Positions 48,834 to 62,822 of a stretch of DNA of 64,000 nt are shown here, in pieces. The DNA lies in the NCBI GenBank assembly GCA_002269645.1, contig NIVC01002190.1, positions 83,033 to 147,032 of the forward strand. The letters run 5' to 3'. The notes under the pieces were generated by a model that ran no database searches, was not told where the DNA came from, and worked only from the letters and a program-made list of their open reading frames with translations. The translations under genes were made by a program, and so were the position numbers. This DNA comes from Macrostomum lignano. Taxonomy: Eukaryota. Positions within the stretch are counted from its first letter, which is position 1. Every line of letters starts with the position of its first letter.

Positions 48834-51800
48834 GTCTGTCCTGTCTGTCCAGCTCACATGAGTGCTTGTCAATCCTGGACTCAGCAGCGTCGATGGCCTC
48901 AGCGCTGCCGGACGCTGTGCTGGGCTGGGAAGCGGCAGCGGGCCGGGACGCAGAGGATGCTGAGGCAGATGATGAAGCGTAATACGGCGGAGGCGCCGCC
49001 TTAGCCGCAGAATCCTTTGCCTTCTGCTGCTTCACCCGGCTGGGGTCTTGGAGCTCTGGAATGAATGAGAAGTGTAAAACTTATTTAGCACTTTGAGATG
49101 CATTCCGGATTCGGGACTCCGATTGAGTATTCGGGACTCCGATTGAGTATTCGGGACTCCGATTGAGTATTCGGGACTCCGATTGAGTATTCGGGACTCC
49201 GATTGAGTATTCGGGACTCCGATTGAGTATTCGGGACTCCGATTGAGTATTCGGGACTCCGATTGAGTATTCGGGACTCCGATTGAGTATTCGGGACTCC
49301 GATTGAGTATTCGGGACTCCGATTGAGTATTCGGGACTCCGATTGAGTATTCGGGACTCCGATTGAGTATTCGGGACTCCGATTGAGTATTCGGGACTCC
49401 GATTGAGTATTCGGGACTCCGATTGAGTATTCGGGACTCCGATTGAGTATTCGGGACTCCGATTGAGTATTCGGGACTCCGATTGAAGGTCCGGGACTCC
49501 GATTGAGTATTCGGGATCCGATTGAATATTCGGGACTCAACTGTCTCAAGCGCCAGGACTCGAACTCACCCAGCACGTGAGCCGCTTTGCGGTCCTCACC
49601 CAGCTCGGACTTGGCCACGCACTCGTACACTCCGAAGTCTCCGGCGGTGAGGTTCCGCACCAGCAGGTCGATCCGCGTCATCGTCTGGAACCCGTCGCCG
49701 TCCACCTCGTCGCCAGCGCTTGTCGTCTGCTGGTAGAGGCAGTGCCGCCCGCCGCTCCAGCAGGTGGCCGCATCCGGTCCAGGGCGGAAGCGGCGGCCGC
49801 GGTGCTCCCAGTAGAGCTCGCGGATCGGCAGGCCGCTGACGGCGCACATCACCATGGTAGAGTGGCCGCGGGACTGGCTGATCTGCTCGTTGGCCACGCT
49901 GACCCGCGGCCGGTCTGTGGCGGTCGAGAGCGAGAGAGGGGATCTCTTGCAGCGAGTCGTAGAGGTGAACCTTGAGACTTGAGAATGAATCGCAGAGAGT
50001 GAAACTTGGAGAGTGGATCTGATGAAGTGAATCGTAGAGTGAATCTTAAACATTGAGTCATAGACAACCGTAGAGAGTGAGACCATACAGTGAGACCATA
50101 GAATTTTAGAGTGAATCTCATCGAGTGAATCACAGAATCCTACAGAGTGAGTCTTATCGAAGGAATCATAGAGAATCGTACAGATTGAACCTATAGAGTG
50201 AATCATACAGAATCTTAAAGAGTGAATCTTATAGATTGAATCTATAGACTGAATCAAACAAAATCTTAAAGAGTGAATCTTATAGATTGAATCTATAGAG
50301 TGAATCATACAAAATCTTACAGAGTGAATCATAGAGAATCGTACAGAGTGAATCTTACAGAGTGAATCATAGAGAATCGTACAGAGTGAATCTTACAGAG
50401 TGAATCATAGAGAATCGTACAGAGTGAATCTTACAGAGTGAATCATAGAGAATCGTACAGAGTGAATCTTACAGATTGAATCATAGAGAATCGTACAGAG
50501 TGAATCTTACAGAGTGAATCTTATAGATTGAGTCCTAGACAACCGTAGAGAGTGAGTGGTACAGAGTGAATCTTATAGAGAGAATCTATAGAGTGAATAG
50601 TAGACAGTGAATCTTACAGAGTGAAACGTGAAGAGCGAATCCTAGAGTGAGTGAATCTAAAATGAAATCTAGGCGTGAATCGTCGGTGTGCATTACATAA
50701 CTGTGCCCAGCTACTCACAGTGCACAACAACTCGAATCTCGCGCTTATCCGCCGGCTCCTCTCCGTTGTCGGCCAGACACTGGAAGATTCCGTCGCACTT
50801 CCGGCTAGCCGAGGCCACGGTGTACACCGGGCCGGAGCTCAGCGCTGTGAGGAGTCGAAGAGGGTGCAGGTGCTAATTGATTTGAAGCAGTTAATTTGGA
50901 AACCCAGGAGGGAGCAGAGTAGCTTAGCGGTAAGTCACGAGAAAGTCAGGGCCGCTCTAGACCTTGTGCAAGCGTGTGCCCAGCGAAAGACCCAGCTGAT
51001 TAGGCCATGGTAGCGGTTGTCGCCGCGATTTTCCGCAGTGTAGTCTTCTCCATACAGCCTTTTGCATGGCAATGGAGCAACCGGGTGACGCTGGTTTCCA
51101 CACAGAAAGAGTTTTGTCAGTCGAGTTTGTCTATGGTCGAACCCCATTCATCTATTAGTATACTCTTAGTATGGGGGTTGCAGCCTAGTGGTTAGAGCGT
51201 CGGATGCACGACTTGAAGGTCGGAGGTTCGATTCTCGATCCATTCGGAACAATTCGTTTCTTTGGCAAGACACTTAACTCTGCATTGCTTCAGTTCACCC
51301 AGCTGTAAAATGGGTGCCAGCATCAGCTGGGGTAGTTGGGGTGTGTGATGCGACCCCCCCTCCCCCCAGTCCTTGGACTGAACAGCCGTACGCAGCCTTC
51401 AGATGCGCCGCGCAATAGCTGCGGCTGAGCTGTCGGTTGCACATCTGGGCATTAGGGCAGGTGTAATCAATTATTATTTATTTGGAGAACAAAATGGTGT
51501 TGCGCCATAGACAAAATCGGTCGAGAGGAATCTGAGGCCATCTTTCAGCGGGTCAGGAGTGGGTTGCTACGAGCCGTATTGTATTTTTACCGATAGTCTC
51601 CAAGCTCCCAGAGTCCGGGTTTGACTGTCGACTCCCATGAATTTCTCGTTTATCATCTGCCTGTCGGACCTTCAAAGCGACAATTGGCGAATCATCGAAG
51701 CGCAGACGGTTGGTTGCTGGGAGAAATCAATCAGACGGTTCGAAGCGTGACTGCTATTCCCCATGCAAACGATATTTGTTGAGTTGTCAGGCAAATCCTT

Positions 51801-51862
51801 CGTTAATCCCTTTGAAATGTACTTTTACAGCGAATGGCCCGGGATTTAGTAAAATCTCTAAA

Positions 51863-51938
<76 letters not shown>

Positions 51939-54900
51939 TTTCCTATTTTTGACAGGAATCATTCCATTAAGTGAAGCCTCTGCCTACCATATACCATTCA
52001 TTCAGGAATCTATTACACATCTTCAGTAGTAATTTGTTACGCCTAACTCAGACCTGGTCTGGCGCCTCTCTTCCACCTGGTCTGGTGACTCCATTACAGC
52101 AGGTCTGGTGCCTCTCTTACACCTGGTCTGGCACCTCCCTTACACCTGGTCTGGCGCCTCTCTTACACCTGGTCTGGCACCTCCCTTACACCTGGTCTGG
52201 CGCCTCTCTTACACCTGGTCTGGCGCCTCTCTTACACCTGGTCTGGCGCCTCTCTTACACCTGGTCTGGCGCCTCTCTTACACCTGGTCTGGCGCCTCTC
52301 TTACACCTGGTCTGGCGCCTCTCTTACAACTGGTCTGGCGACTCCATTACAGCAGGTCTGGCGCCTCTCTTACACCTGGTCTGGCGCCTCTCTTACACCT
52401 GGTCTGGCGCCTCTCTTACACCTGGTCTGGCGCCTCTCTTACACCTGGTCTGGCGCCTTTCTTACACCTGTTCTGGCGCCTCTCTTACACCTGGTCTGGC
52501 GCCTCTCTTACACCTGGTCTGGCGCCTCTCTTACACCTGGTCTGGCGCCTCTCTTACAACTGGTCTGGCGACTCCATTACAACAGGTCTGGCGCCTCTCT
52601 TACACCTGGTCTGGCGCCTCCCTTACACCTGGTCTGGCGCCTCTCTTACAACTGGTCTGGCGCCTCCCTTACACCTGGTCTGGCGCCTCCCTTACACCTG
52701 GTCTGGCGCCTCCTTTAAAGCTGGGTTGGCCAGAAGGTCCAAAAGGTTGGAGCATAGTTAAATCTGCATTGATAATCTTCTATAATGGTTTAGATAGAGT
52801 ACATTGGGGAGATAAGATGATGCTGGCCGAGTGCCAAGGCAACTCACGAACTAATCGTCGACCGCTACTCAGTGACTGGCCGCTGCTGAGCCGCTTAAAC
52901 CACGAGATGCTGGGCGGCGGGCTGCCGTCCGCTGCGCAGCGCAGAGTCAACTGCTGACCCTCGACAACCAGCACCTTCAGCGGCGAGGAGTCGGCGGCGC
53001 GAATGCGGGGCGGAACTGCGGGAGGGTGAGTAGACTGTGAGAATTGGTGTGAGTAGAGTGTGAGAATTGGTGTGAGTAGAGTGTGAGAATTGGTGTGAGT
53101 AGAGTGTGAGAATTGGTGTGAGTAGAATGTGAGAATTGGTGTGAGTAGAATGTGAGAATTGGTGTGAGTAGAGTGTGAGAATTGGTGTGAGTAGAGTGTG
53201 AGAATTGGTGTGAGTAGAGTGAGAGAATTGGTGTGAGTAGAGTGTGAGAATTGGTGTGAGTAGAGTGTGAGAATTGGTGTGAGTAGAGTGTGAGAATTGG
53301 TGTGAGTAGAGTGTGAGAATTGGTGTGAGTAGAGTGAGAGAATTGGTGTGAGTAGAGTGTGAGAATTGGTGTGAGTAGAGTGTGAGAATTGGTGTGAGTA
53401 GAGTGTGAGAATTGGTGTGAGTAGAGTGTGAGAATTGGTGTGAGTAGAGTGTGAGAATTGGTGTGAGTAGAGTGTGAGAATTGGTGTGAGTAGAGTGAGA
53501 GAATTGGTGTGAGTAGAGTGTGAGAATTGGTGTGAGTAGAGTGTGAGAATTGGTGTGAGTAGAGTGTGAGAATTGGTGTGAGTAGAGTGTGAGAATTGGT
53601 GTGAGTAGAGTGTGAGGATTGGTGTGAGTAGGGGCAGAAATGTATTGACTAATGCAACACCGTCAGGACTAGAGCAACTCGAAAACACATCATTAAGATC
53701 ATTAAGACTCCAGTGTACTTTAATAGAATGTACTCTTTTCTGGCAAGTCAAATTTTAAATAATTTGGTTTCCTAGAAACCATTATATTAGCTCTCTACTT
53801 CGATTTAAGTTTCAATCAATTTTCGAGCTTTGGATATTCAGGCCAGAATCTGCTTACTAAGACAAGTAGAAGGCCAGTGCAATCAGCATGCAGCTCAACG
53901 ACGGACTAAAGTGCAACTAGCAGGGCAAATTTCTCGAAGACAAGATGGCTAGAAAATTGGTAAATCAATGGCGCCACGCCGGTAACCAAGGCTTTTCTTA
54001 ACTTTTTTCAATTCTCAAACACCTTCTCAAATTATGAGCTAAGAATATGGCGAGGCCAAGTGAGGACAGGCTCAGCGCGCCCTGATCCTCCTGAGCAGGC
54101 TAATGGATACGCCGGCTGCTGGGGATCGATGGAGCTGCATAAGAGTGCTGCTCTGCCAGATAACTGTTTACAGAGCTGGCTGCCTCCGCTTGACACGCGA
54201 TCTGATCACTATTGTGCTTGATATGTCGATTCCGGTTTACTGCAGGTGACTAATTAAGGATTCGGGACTAGGATTAAGGATTTGGGACTAGGAGCAAGAA
54301 TTTGGGACTCATATTAAGAATTCGGGACTAGGATTAAGGATTTGGGACTAGGATTAAGGATTTGGGACTAGGAGCAAGAATTTGGGACTCATATTAAGAA
54401 TTCGGGACTAGGATTAAGGATACGGGACTAGGAACAAGGATTAAGGACTCAGGACTGGGATTAAGGATTCTAGACTAGGATTAAAGATTCGGGACTAGTA
54501 TTATAGACTCGGGACTAGTATTAAGGATTTGGGAGTAGAATTAAGGATTCGCAGGACTATGATTAAGGATTCGCGGGACTATGATTAAGGATTTGGGACT
54601 AAGATTAAGGATTAAGGATTTGGGACTAAGATTAAGGGTTAAGGATTTGGGACTAAGATTAAGGATTAAGGGATTTGGGACTAAGATTACGGATTAAGTA
54701 TTTGGGACTAAGGTTAAGGATTAAGGATTTGGGACTAAGATTAAGGATTAAGGATTTGGGATTAAGATTGAGGATTAAGGATTTGGGACTAAGATTAAGG
54801 ATTAAGGATTTGGGATTAAGATTAAGGATTCAGGACTTCAGGTAATGACTTCAATCATCCCTTTGCCTGACCTTTCACCTCCAGCTCCGCCCTTCGCACG

Positions 54901-57900
54901 TGGTAGCCGCTGCCGGAGCTGGCCACGCAGGAGTACAGGCCCCGGTCGGCCAGCTGCACCGCCCCGATCGTCAGGTCGAAGTTGAGCGATTCGCCGGCGT
55001 CCTTGGCGGGAAGCGGCGAAACTTGGATTCGAGGGTCGACCAGCGAGTTGCGATTGAAGGTCAGCGTCTGGGAGTTGCGCATCCAGATTACCTGCTCCGG
55101 GTTCGGGGGTTCGGCAGTCTATTCTATTCTATTCCATTCTATTCTATTCCATTCTATTCTATTCCATTCTATTCCATTCTATTCCATTCCATTCTATTCT
55201 ATTTCATTATATTCTATTATATTCCATTCTATTCTATTCTATTCCATTCTATTCCATTCCATTCTATTTCTATTACATTCTATTCTATTCTATTCTATTC
55301 TATTCTATTCTATTCCATTCCATTCTCTTCTATTCTATTCTATGTCTATTCTTTTCTATGTCTATTCTATTCTATTTCATTCTATTCCATTCTATCTTTT
55401 CTATTTCTATTCTATCTCTACCTATTCTACCCTACTCTACCCCATCCCACTCAAGCCGCACTCACCCGCAGCCGGTCGCTTGAGTCGCCCAGCTGCAGGC
55501 CCGAAAAGTCGCACGGCAGGCTGGCATTCGAGCCAATGACGGCGCGAACCACGGCGGGCTTCGAATCCGCGGAAGGCGCCATCTGTGAGAGCGGCTGCCC
55601 CTGCTGCCACCCGCTGGCTGAAAATTGCATGGCGGGTAAATTTTGGAGATGCTGCATGAAATTTCGATGTCGTAGCGTTATTCAACTCCTGTTCAAAACT
55701 TCCATCACTATTGGCTGAATTTCACACCTCATCTCTGTATCCGCACAAAGTTTTCGTTTCTCTCCTCATCTGATTTCCTAACTCTCTCCTCTCCTTTATC
55801 TCGCTGCAAAATCAAGGTGACAGTTGAACCCACAGGACGCACACGCACATGGACACAGGGTCTACCGCAGCCCTGACTTTCTAATAGTCTGGCATGTGCA
55901 TGCTCTGCGCCCTTGGGGGCTGGGCCTCATGGGCCAGAATCGCACGACAAGCCCCAGGATCAGGAGGCCAAAATGAATGCGGTCGCGCACGAGAATCGAA
56001 CCCGGTACCTTGACGCCAGAGTCAGGCGCGGTACCGCTGAGCTGCCCAGCCCCTTCTCTCTACTCTCCCTCTTCTCTCTCCTCTCTCTGCTCTCTCCTCT
56101 ATCTCCTCTCTCCTCCCATCTCTTCTCTCTCTCCTCTCTACTCTCTCCTCCCCTCTCTTCTCTCTCTCCTATCTCCTCTCTCTCTCCTCTCCTCACTCTC
56201 CTCCCCTCTCTACTCTCTCTCCTCTCTCCTCCCCTCTCTCCTCTCTCCCCTACCCTCTCTCCTCTCTCCCCCCTCTCTCCTCCTCTCTCTCCCTCTCTCT
56301 CCTTCTCTCCTCTCCTCTCTCTCCTCTCCTCTCTCCTCCCTCACTCTCCTCTCTCTCCTCTCACTCCTACCCTCTCTCTCTCTCCCCCTCTCTCCTCCTC
56401 TCTCTCTCTCCCTCTCTCTCCTCTCCTCTCCTCTCTCTCCTCTCTCCTCCCCTCACTCTCCTCCCCTCTCTCCTCTCTCCCCCTCTCTCCTCCTCTCTCT
56501 CCCTCTCTCTCCTTCTCTCCTCTCCTCTCTCTCCTCTCCTCTCTCCTCCCCTCACTCTCCTCCCCTCTCTCCTCTCACTCCTACCCTCTCTCCTCTCTCC
56601 CCCCTCTCTCCTCCTCTCTCTCCCTCTCTCTCCTTCTCTCCTCTCCTCTCTCTCCTCTCCTCTCTCCTCCCCTCACTCTCCTCCCCTCTCTCCTCTCTCC
56701 CCCTCTCTCCTCCTCTCTCTCCCTCTCTCCTTCTCTCTCTCCTCTCTATTCTCTCTCTTCATCTTCCTCTTTGTTATCATAGCTCGTATAATCGATTCCA
56801 TTCCCCTGCTCCACTCTACTCACTCCCTGATCACTTTTCCACGGCTATTGTGGCAAGGAAGATATTTTTCATGTTTTTGCTACTTATAGCTCGTACTTGG
56901 GAAACTCTTAAAACTCAAGCCGATCAAGCTTGTCTTCAACAAAAAGCTGCTCAAGAAGCTCAAGTGAGTAAAAGCGCAAAGCTTACAAAGCGCGCGCGGC
57001 CTAATTAGATGCAGCGTCGCAGGCTGGGAGCTGCGCGAGAAGATGGATTTTTGACAACAATAAGGACAAGAATCTCAGCTGGACAGTGAAGGGCGTGGGA
57101 AGGCGAGCAAATGGGACAGATGGGGGAGGGCCTGATGAGCTCATTGCAGCCGCCAAATCATCTGGAGCCAGCCTCGCCCAGACAGAGCTCCTTAATTCAA
57201 TCCCCACTCTCCTCGCCTTTGCCTTTTTTCTGAGGCGGCGGGCGCGCGCCTTTGGTTGCGCATTTTGCCGCCGCCCGGCCGCCTTTCCCAGGAGGCCCCT
57301 CGGCTAATGAGGTGCCATTGGCGAGGCTGCGGATCGCTGCAAGCCGCGCTGGACGCCCCTTTGTGCTGGAGTCGGGGGGGGGGGTCTTTTTGAGAAGCTT
57401 TTTCTTTTCTGACACCCGAGCAGTTGGATGCACAGATCGAATGAGTTGCTAGCAGCAGCGACAGATGGGTGAGTGACCCCGTGCTGGGTTTGGGGCTTTT
57501 TTCACGGATAGAACAAAGACCAAGTCCATCATGCAGCATCCTAGTAGGTAACTAGGCTCATAGAACAAAGACATCTGCCCAATGGGCAGATGTGCAACCG
57601 ACAGCTCAGTCGCAGCCATTGCGCGGCGCATCTGAAGGCTGCCTACGGCTGTTCAGTCCAAGGACTGGGGGGTCGCCACACACACCCTCAATTGCCCCAG
57701 CTAATGCTGGCACCGCATTTTAAAGTTGGGTGAACTGAAGCAATGCAGAGTTAAGTGTCTTGCTCAAGGACTCAAACTGCGTCAGTGAGAACGGGAATCG
57801 AACCCCCAACCTTCAAGTCATGAGTCCGACGCTCTAACCACTAGGCTGCAACTATTTTTTGCAATTCCTTCATGCAGCAGCTCAGCAGGTAACTAGGCGC

Positions 57901-58744
57901 ATAGAACAAAGACCCAAGTTCTCCATGCAGCATCCTAGCAGGTAACTAGGCGCATAGAACAAACAAAGACCCAAGTTCTCCATGCAGCATCCCAGCAGGT
58001 AACTAGGCGCATAGAACAAAGACCCAAGTTCTCCATGCAGCATCCCAGCAGGTAACTAGGCGCATAGAACAAACAAAGACCCAAGTTCTCCATGCAGCAT
58101 CCCAGCAGGTAACTAGGCGCATAGAACAAACAAAGACCCAAGTTCTCCATGCAGCATCCTAGCAGGTAACTAGGCGCATAGAACAAACAAAGACGCAAGT
58201 TCTCCATGCAGCATCCCAGCAGGTAACTAGGCGCATAGAACAAACAAAGACCCAAGTTCTCCATGCAGCATCCCAGCAGGTAACTAGGCGCATAGAACAA
58301 ACAAAGACGCAAGTTCTCCATGCAGCATCCCAGCAGGTAACTAGGCGCATAGAACAAACAAAGACGCAAGTTCTCCATGCAGCATCACAGCAGGTAACTA
58401 GGCGCATAGAACAAAGACCCAAGTTCTCCATGCAGCATCCCAGCAGGTAACTAGGCGCATAGAACAAAGACCCAAGTTCCTAATGCAGCATCCCAGCAGG
58501 TAACTAGGCGCATAGAACAAAGACCCAAGTTCCTAATGCAGCATCCCAGCAGGTAACTAGGCGCATAGAACAAAGACCCATGTACTCCATGCAGCATCCC
58601 CCAGAGCAGAAACAGTTCAAACTCACCAGCTGGTCCCAGAATGAGTGCAGCAAGGCTCAGAAGGCACAGCTGAAGCCCGCCTGTCACTGCGGCAGTCACT
58701 CTGACCCGAGTGACCTCTAAACTTTTCTTAGACACGCCGGTCAT
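47732..58744 (-). CDS. Three-Ig-domain cell-adhesion protein (IgLON/lachesin/DIP-like), about 477 aa; exons 58744-58627, 55617-55466, 55091-54872, 53015-52848, 50844-50719, 49914-49570, 49055-48858, 47838-47732
   Basis: Hydrophobic leader (LCLLSLAALILGPA); Ig motifs LPC..VIW..DRGLYSC, LRC..ISW..DGIFQC, VMC..LYW..DFGVYEC; Ser/Ala-rich stalk and hydrophobic tail suggestive of a GPI signal; all junctions frame-consistent. First and last exons are less certain. Confidence 0.85.
48290..48850. repeat. (TCTG)n microsatellite
   Basis: Direct reading; Ig gene intron 7. Confidence 0.95.
49105..49540. repeat. 20-bp minisatellite (TTCGGGACTCCGATTGAGTA)
   Basis: Near-perfect copies; Ig gene intron 6. 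Confidence 0.96.
49960..50670. repeat. Degenerate AGAGTGAATC-based minisatellite
   Basis: Ig gene intron 5. Confidence 0.85.
51173..51483 (+). mobile_element. tRNA-derived SINE family A, copy 2
   Basis: GCAGCCTAGTGGTTAGAGCG A-box, GGTTCGATTC B-box, (TAT)T-rich tail; shares sequence with 5925. Confidence 0.88.
51862..51938. repeat. 7-bp repeat (AAGTCCG)n
   Basis: Direct reading. Confidence 0.92.
52050..52715. repeat. 23-bp minisatellite (CACCTGGTCTGGCGCCTCTCTTA)
   Basis: Ig gene intron 4. Confidence 0.95.
53030..53632. repeat. 23-bp minisatellite (GTGAGAATTGGTGTGAGTAGAGT)
   Basis: Ig gene intron 3, starting about 15 bp from the acceptor. Confidence 0.95.
54255..54835. repeat. GGGACTAGGATTAAGGATTT-type minisatellite
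   Basis: Ig gene intron 3. Confidence 0.9.
55120..55440. repeat. (ATTCT)n microsatellite
   Basis: Ig gene intron 2. Confidence 0.93.
55830..56053 (-). mobile_element. tRNA-derived SINE family B, diverged copy 2
   Basis: Minus strand GGGGCTGGGCAGCTCAGCGGT..GGGTTCGATTC; body CCCCCAAGGGCGCAG..ACATGCC..AAAGTCAGGGC parallels the 20344 copy; 3' end undefined. Confidence 0.65.
56054..56770. repeat. CT-rich low-complexity repeat
   Basis: Direct reading. Confidence 0.9.
57571..57852 (-). mobile_element. tRNA-derived SINE family A, copy 3, inserted in a minisatellite
   Basis: Reverse complement of the family A sequence; the 53-bp repeat unit occurs on both sides. Confidence 0.88.
57875..58600. repeat. 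53/57-bp minisatellite (GCAGCATCCCAGCAGGTAACTAGGCGCATAGAACAAAGACCCAAGTTCTCCAT)
   Basis: Ig gene intron 1. Confidence 0.95.
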
Positions 58745-58893
58745 GATTGGCGTCCGTAACCTTCAAATTCCTTACAACCAAGGTGAAAACTTCAAACAAA
58801 AATACCGAGTGAATACCTGAAACTCGGAGCCGCGATAAAAAATTCGACTCTATTTTAAGCTGTCCATCAGCTGCTGTCGGCAAGAGGAAGCTC

Positions 58894-58903
58894 CTGATTG
58901 GCT
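58894..58903 (-). promoter_or_regulatory. Possible CCAAT box upstream of the Ig gene
   Basis: AGCCAATCAG about 150 bp upstream of the ATG; motif match only. Confidence 0.25.
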
Positions 58904-59456
58904 GGCATCAGAGAACTGCCTGCTGCGCCAATTGAGGATGATGCTTGCCACTTTCCATGCAGCGATGGACCCCTAGGGCAGGATTAGCGCTTGGCTCAGC
59001 ACCCAGCAGCTTCAAGGTTCAATGCTCCGGGACCCGATGTCATACCGGCACGCCCGATTGAACTCGAATCAGACACCGGCTAATCACCCCGCCCACAGGC
59101 CCGGCTATCTCAGGGAGACCCAGAGCCAGAGCCTGGAGTAGCGGCTCTCCCTCAGCCCTGGCTCCCCTATTTTTTAGTTTGGAAAATAATAAAATTTCCT
59201 GTTGCGCCCCCCTGAGGTCACTCTGGTGTTTTCTGAGAGCTACTCGTAACTAACGGCGTATTGTGTTACTATTATTATTGTTGTTTGTTTTCTCACCCCC
59301 CTCCTACTCAGACTCACCTGGGCATCCTTCTACCCGTTTAACGCCCACCTCTCTGCGTCTCCGCCTGATTATGTGGTAGATGAAGAATGAAGGAGTTTGG
59401 AAGTTGAAAAATTCTTTTGACACCGCTCATTTGTCGTCGAACAGTTTGACGGCAAC

Positions 59457-60238
<782 letters not shown>

Positions 60239-60937
60239 ATATATATATTTTTTTCTCTGTATCTCTCTTTCTCTCGTCTATCTTATCTCTCTATCTCTAT
60301 ATACCTCTCTCTCTAGAGAGAGGGGCTTGCAATCTTGGAAAACTATTTGTAGTTGTTGCTGTGGTTGTTGTTGTTGTTGTAAACTGAAGCACCGCAGTCA
60401 GCCTTACAATTTTCTTAAATCCGTGGTTCGGGAAGAGTCGGCATTCCAGACTGCATCTCTGGGCCTCCTTGGCAATCTTATCACCGCCTCTCTCCCTGCC
60501 GCCGCCCGCATGACTTTGATGAGCGCCGCTTCCCGCGCCCCGGGGCAAGTCATGCGTGCAGACAATAAACTCGTCAAATCAGACCTGTGCGCACATTGTT
60601 TTATAGATAGAGCAGCATATTAATCCGCGGACAGCTTGCTGCTTTTAGTAGCAATTTCTGCCCCTTCTTCCGCTCCTTTGGTGCTTCAAGTTTACAGCCA
60701 ATTATTGCATTCGGCTTTGTAAAGCAGATTCGAAGCTGAAGTTGTTGTGGAATTGGAAGTTCCCGTGACTTGACCAGCAGGTTTTATGACTTTGGAAGGT
60801 TGAATGCACCCCGAAGTTCGGGCATTCTAGTGCCAGTCTGGAATGATATTCAAGTGCTTGACTTGGGAAATCATTCTAAGGAATGGGCCAGTTCCCTGCT
60901 GTATGCGATAGCCATCGCATTGAGGTAGTAAACAGAG

Positions 60938-62822
60938 CGTCAGGTAGCTCTCAGGTGATGCGAATTGTGTCAGGTAGCTCTCAGGTGATGCGAATTGTGT
61001 CAGGTAGCTCTCAGGTGATCCGAATTGTGTCAGGTAGCTCTCAGGTGATGCGAATTGTGTCAGGTAGCTCTCAGGTGATCCGAATTGTGTCAGGTAGCTC
61101 TCAGGTGATGCGAATTGTGTCAGGGTAGCTCTCAGGTGATGCGAATTGTGTCAGGTAGCTCTCAGGTGATCCAAATTGTGTCAGGTAGCTCTCAGGTGAT
61201 GCGAATTGTGTCAGGTAGCTCTCAGGTGATGCGAATTGTGTCAGGTAGCTCTCAGGTGATGCGAATGAGGTGTCAGGGTAGCTCTCAGGTGATGCAAATG
61301 AGGTGTCAGGGTAGCTCTCAGGTGATGCGAATTGTGTCAGGTAGCTCTCAGGTGATGCGAATTGTGTCAGGTAGCTCTCAGGTGATGCGAATTGTGTCAG
61401 GTAGCTCTCAGGTGATGCGAATTGTGTCAGGTAGCTCTCAGGTGATGCGAATTGTGTCAGGTAGCTCTCAGGTGATCCGAATTGTGTCAGGTAGCTCTCA
61501 GGTGATGCGAATTGTGTCAGGTAGCTCTCAGGTGATGCGAATTGTGTCAGGTAGCTCTCAGGTGATCCGAATTGTGTCAGGTAGCTCTCAGGTGATGCGA
61601 ATTGTGTCAGGTAGCTCTCAGGTGATGCGAATTGTGTCAGGTAGCTCTCAGGTGATGCGAATTGTGTCAGGTAGCTCTCAGGTGATGCGAATGAGGTGTC
61701 AGGGTAGCTCTCAGGTGATCCGAATTGTGTCAGGTAGCTCTCAGGTGATGCGAATTGTGTCAGGTAGCTCTCAGGTGATGCGAATTGTGTCAGGTAGCTC
61801 TCAGGTGATGCGAATTGTGTCAGGTAGCTCTCAGGTGATGCGAATGAGGTGTCAGGGTAGCTCTCAGGTGATGCGAATTGTGTCAGGGTAGCTCTCAGGT
61901 GATGCGAATTGTGTCAGGTAGCTCTCAGGTGATGCGAATTGTGTCAGGTAGCTCTCAGGTGATGCGAATTGTGTCAGGTAGCTCTCAGGTGATGCGAATG
62001 AGGTGTCAGGGTAGCTCTCAGGTGATGCGAATTGTGTCAGGTAGCTCTCAGGTGATGCGAATTGTGTCAGGTAGCTCTCAGGTGATGCGAATTGTGTCAG
62101 GTAGCTCTCAGGTGATGCGATTTGTGTCAGGTAGCTCTCAGGTGATGCGAATGAGGTGTCAGGGTAGCTCTCAGGTGATGCGAATTGTGTCAGGTAGCTC
62201 TCAGGTGATGCGAATTGTGTCAGGTAGCTCTCAGGTGATGCGAATGAGGTGTCAGGGTAGCTCTCAGGTGATGCGAATTGTGTCAGGTAGCTCTCAGGTG
62301 ATGCGAATTGTGTCAGGTAGCTCTCAGGTGATGCGAATGAGGTGTCAGGTAGCTCTCAGGTGATGCGAATTGTGTCAGGTAGCTCTCAGGTGATGCGAAT
62401 GAGGTGTCAGGGTAGCTCTCAGGTGATGCGAATGAGGTGTCAGGGTAGCTCTCAGGTGATGCGAATGAGGTGTCAGGGTAGCTCTCAGGTGATGCGAATT
62501 GTGTCAGGTAGCTCTCAGGTGATGCGAATTGTGTCAGGTAGCTCTCAGGTGATGCGAATTGTGTCAGGTAGCTCTCAGGTGATGCGAATGAGGTGTCAGG
62601 GTAGCTCTCAGGTGATGCGAATTGTGTCAGGTAGCTCTCAGGTGATGCGAATTGTGTCAGGTAGCTCTCAGGTGATGCGAATTGTGTCAGGTAGCTCTCA
62701 GGTGATGCGAATTGTGTCAGGTAGCTCTCAGGTGATGCGAATTGTGTCAGGTAGCTCTCAGGTGATGCGAATTGTGTCAGGTAGCTTTCAGATGATTTTT
62801 AAATTGTCAGGTAGCTGTCAGA
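60938..62822. repeat. 1.9-kb 30/32-bp minisatellite (CAGGTAGCTCTCAGGTGATGCGAATTGTGT)
   Basis: About 60 highly homogeneous copies. Confidence 0.96.

Noticed and set aside
51126-51515. 11-bp inverted pair TTTGTCTATGG / CCATAGACAAA around SINE copy 2, resembling the Crypton repeat
   Set aside because: Outward-facing, with no further terminal similarity; could be chance
60938-62822. Array of Zelda (CAGGTAG) sites
   Set aside because: Zelda is an arthropod factor and nothing else here indicates an insect; the motif is just part of the repeat unit
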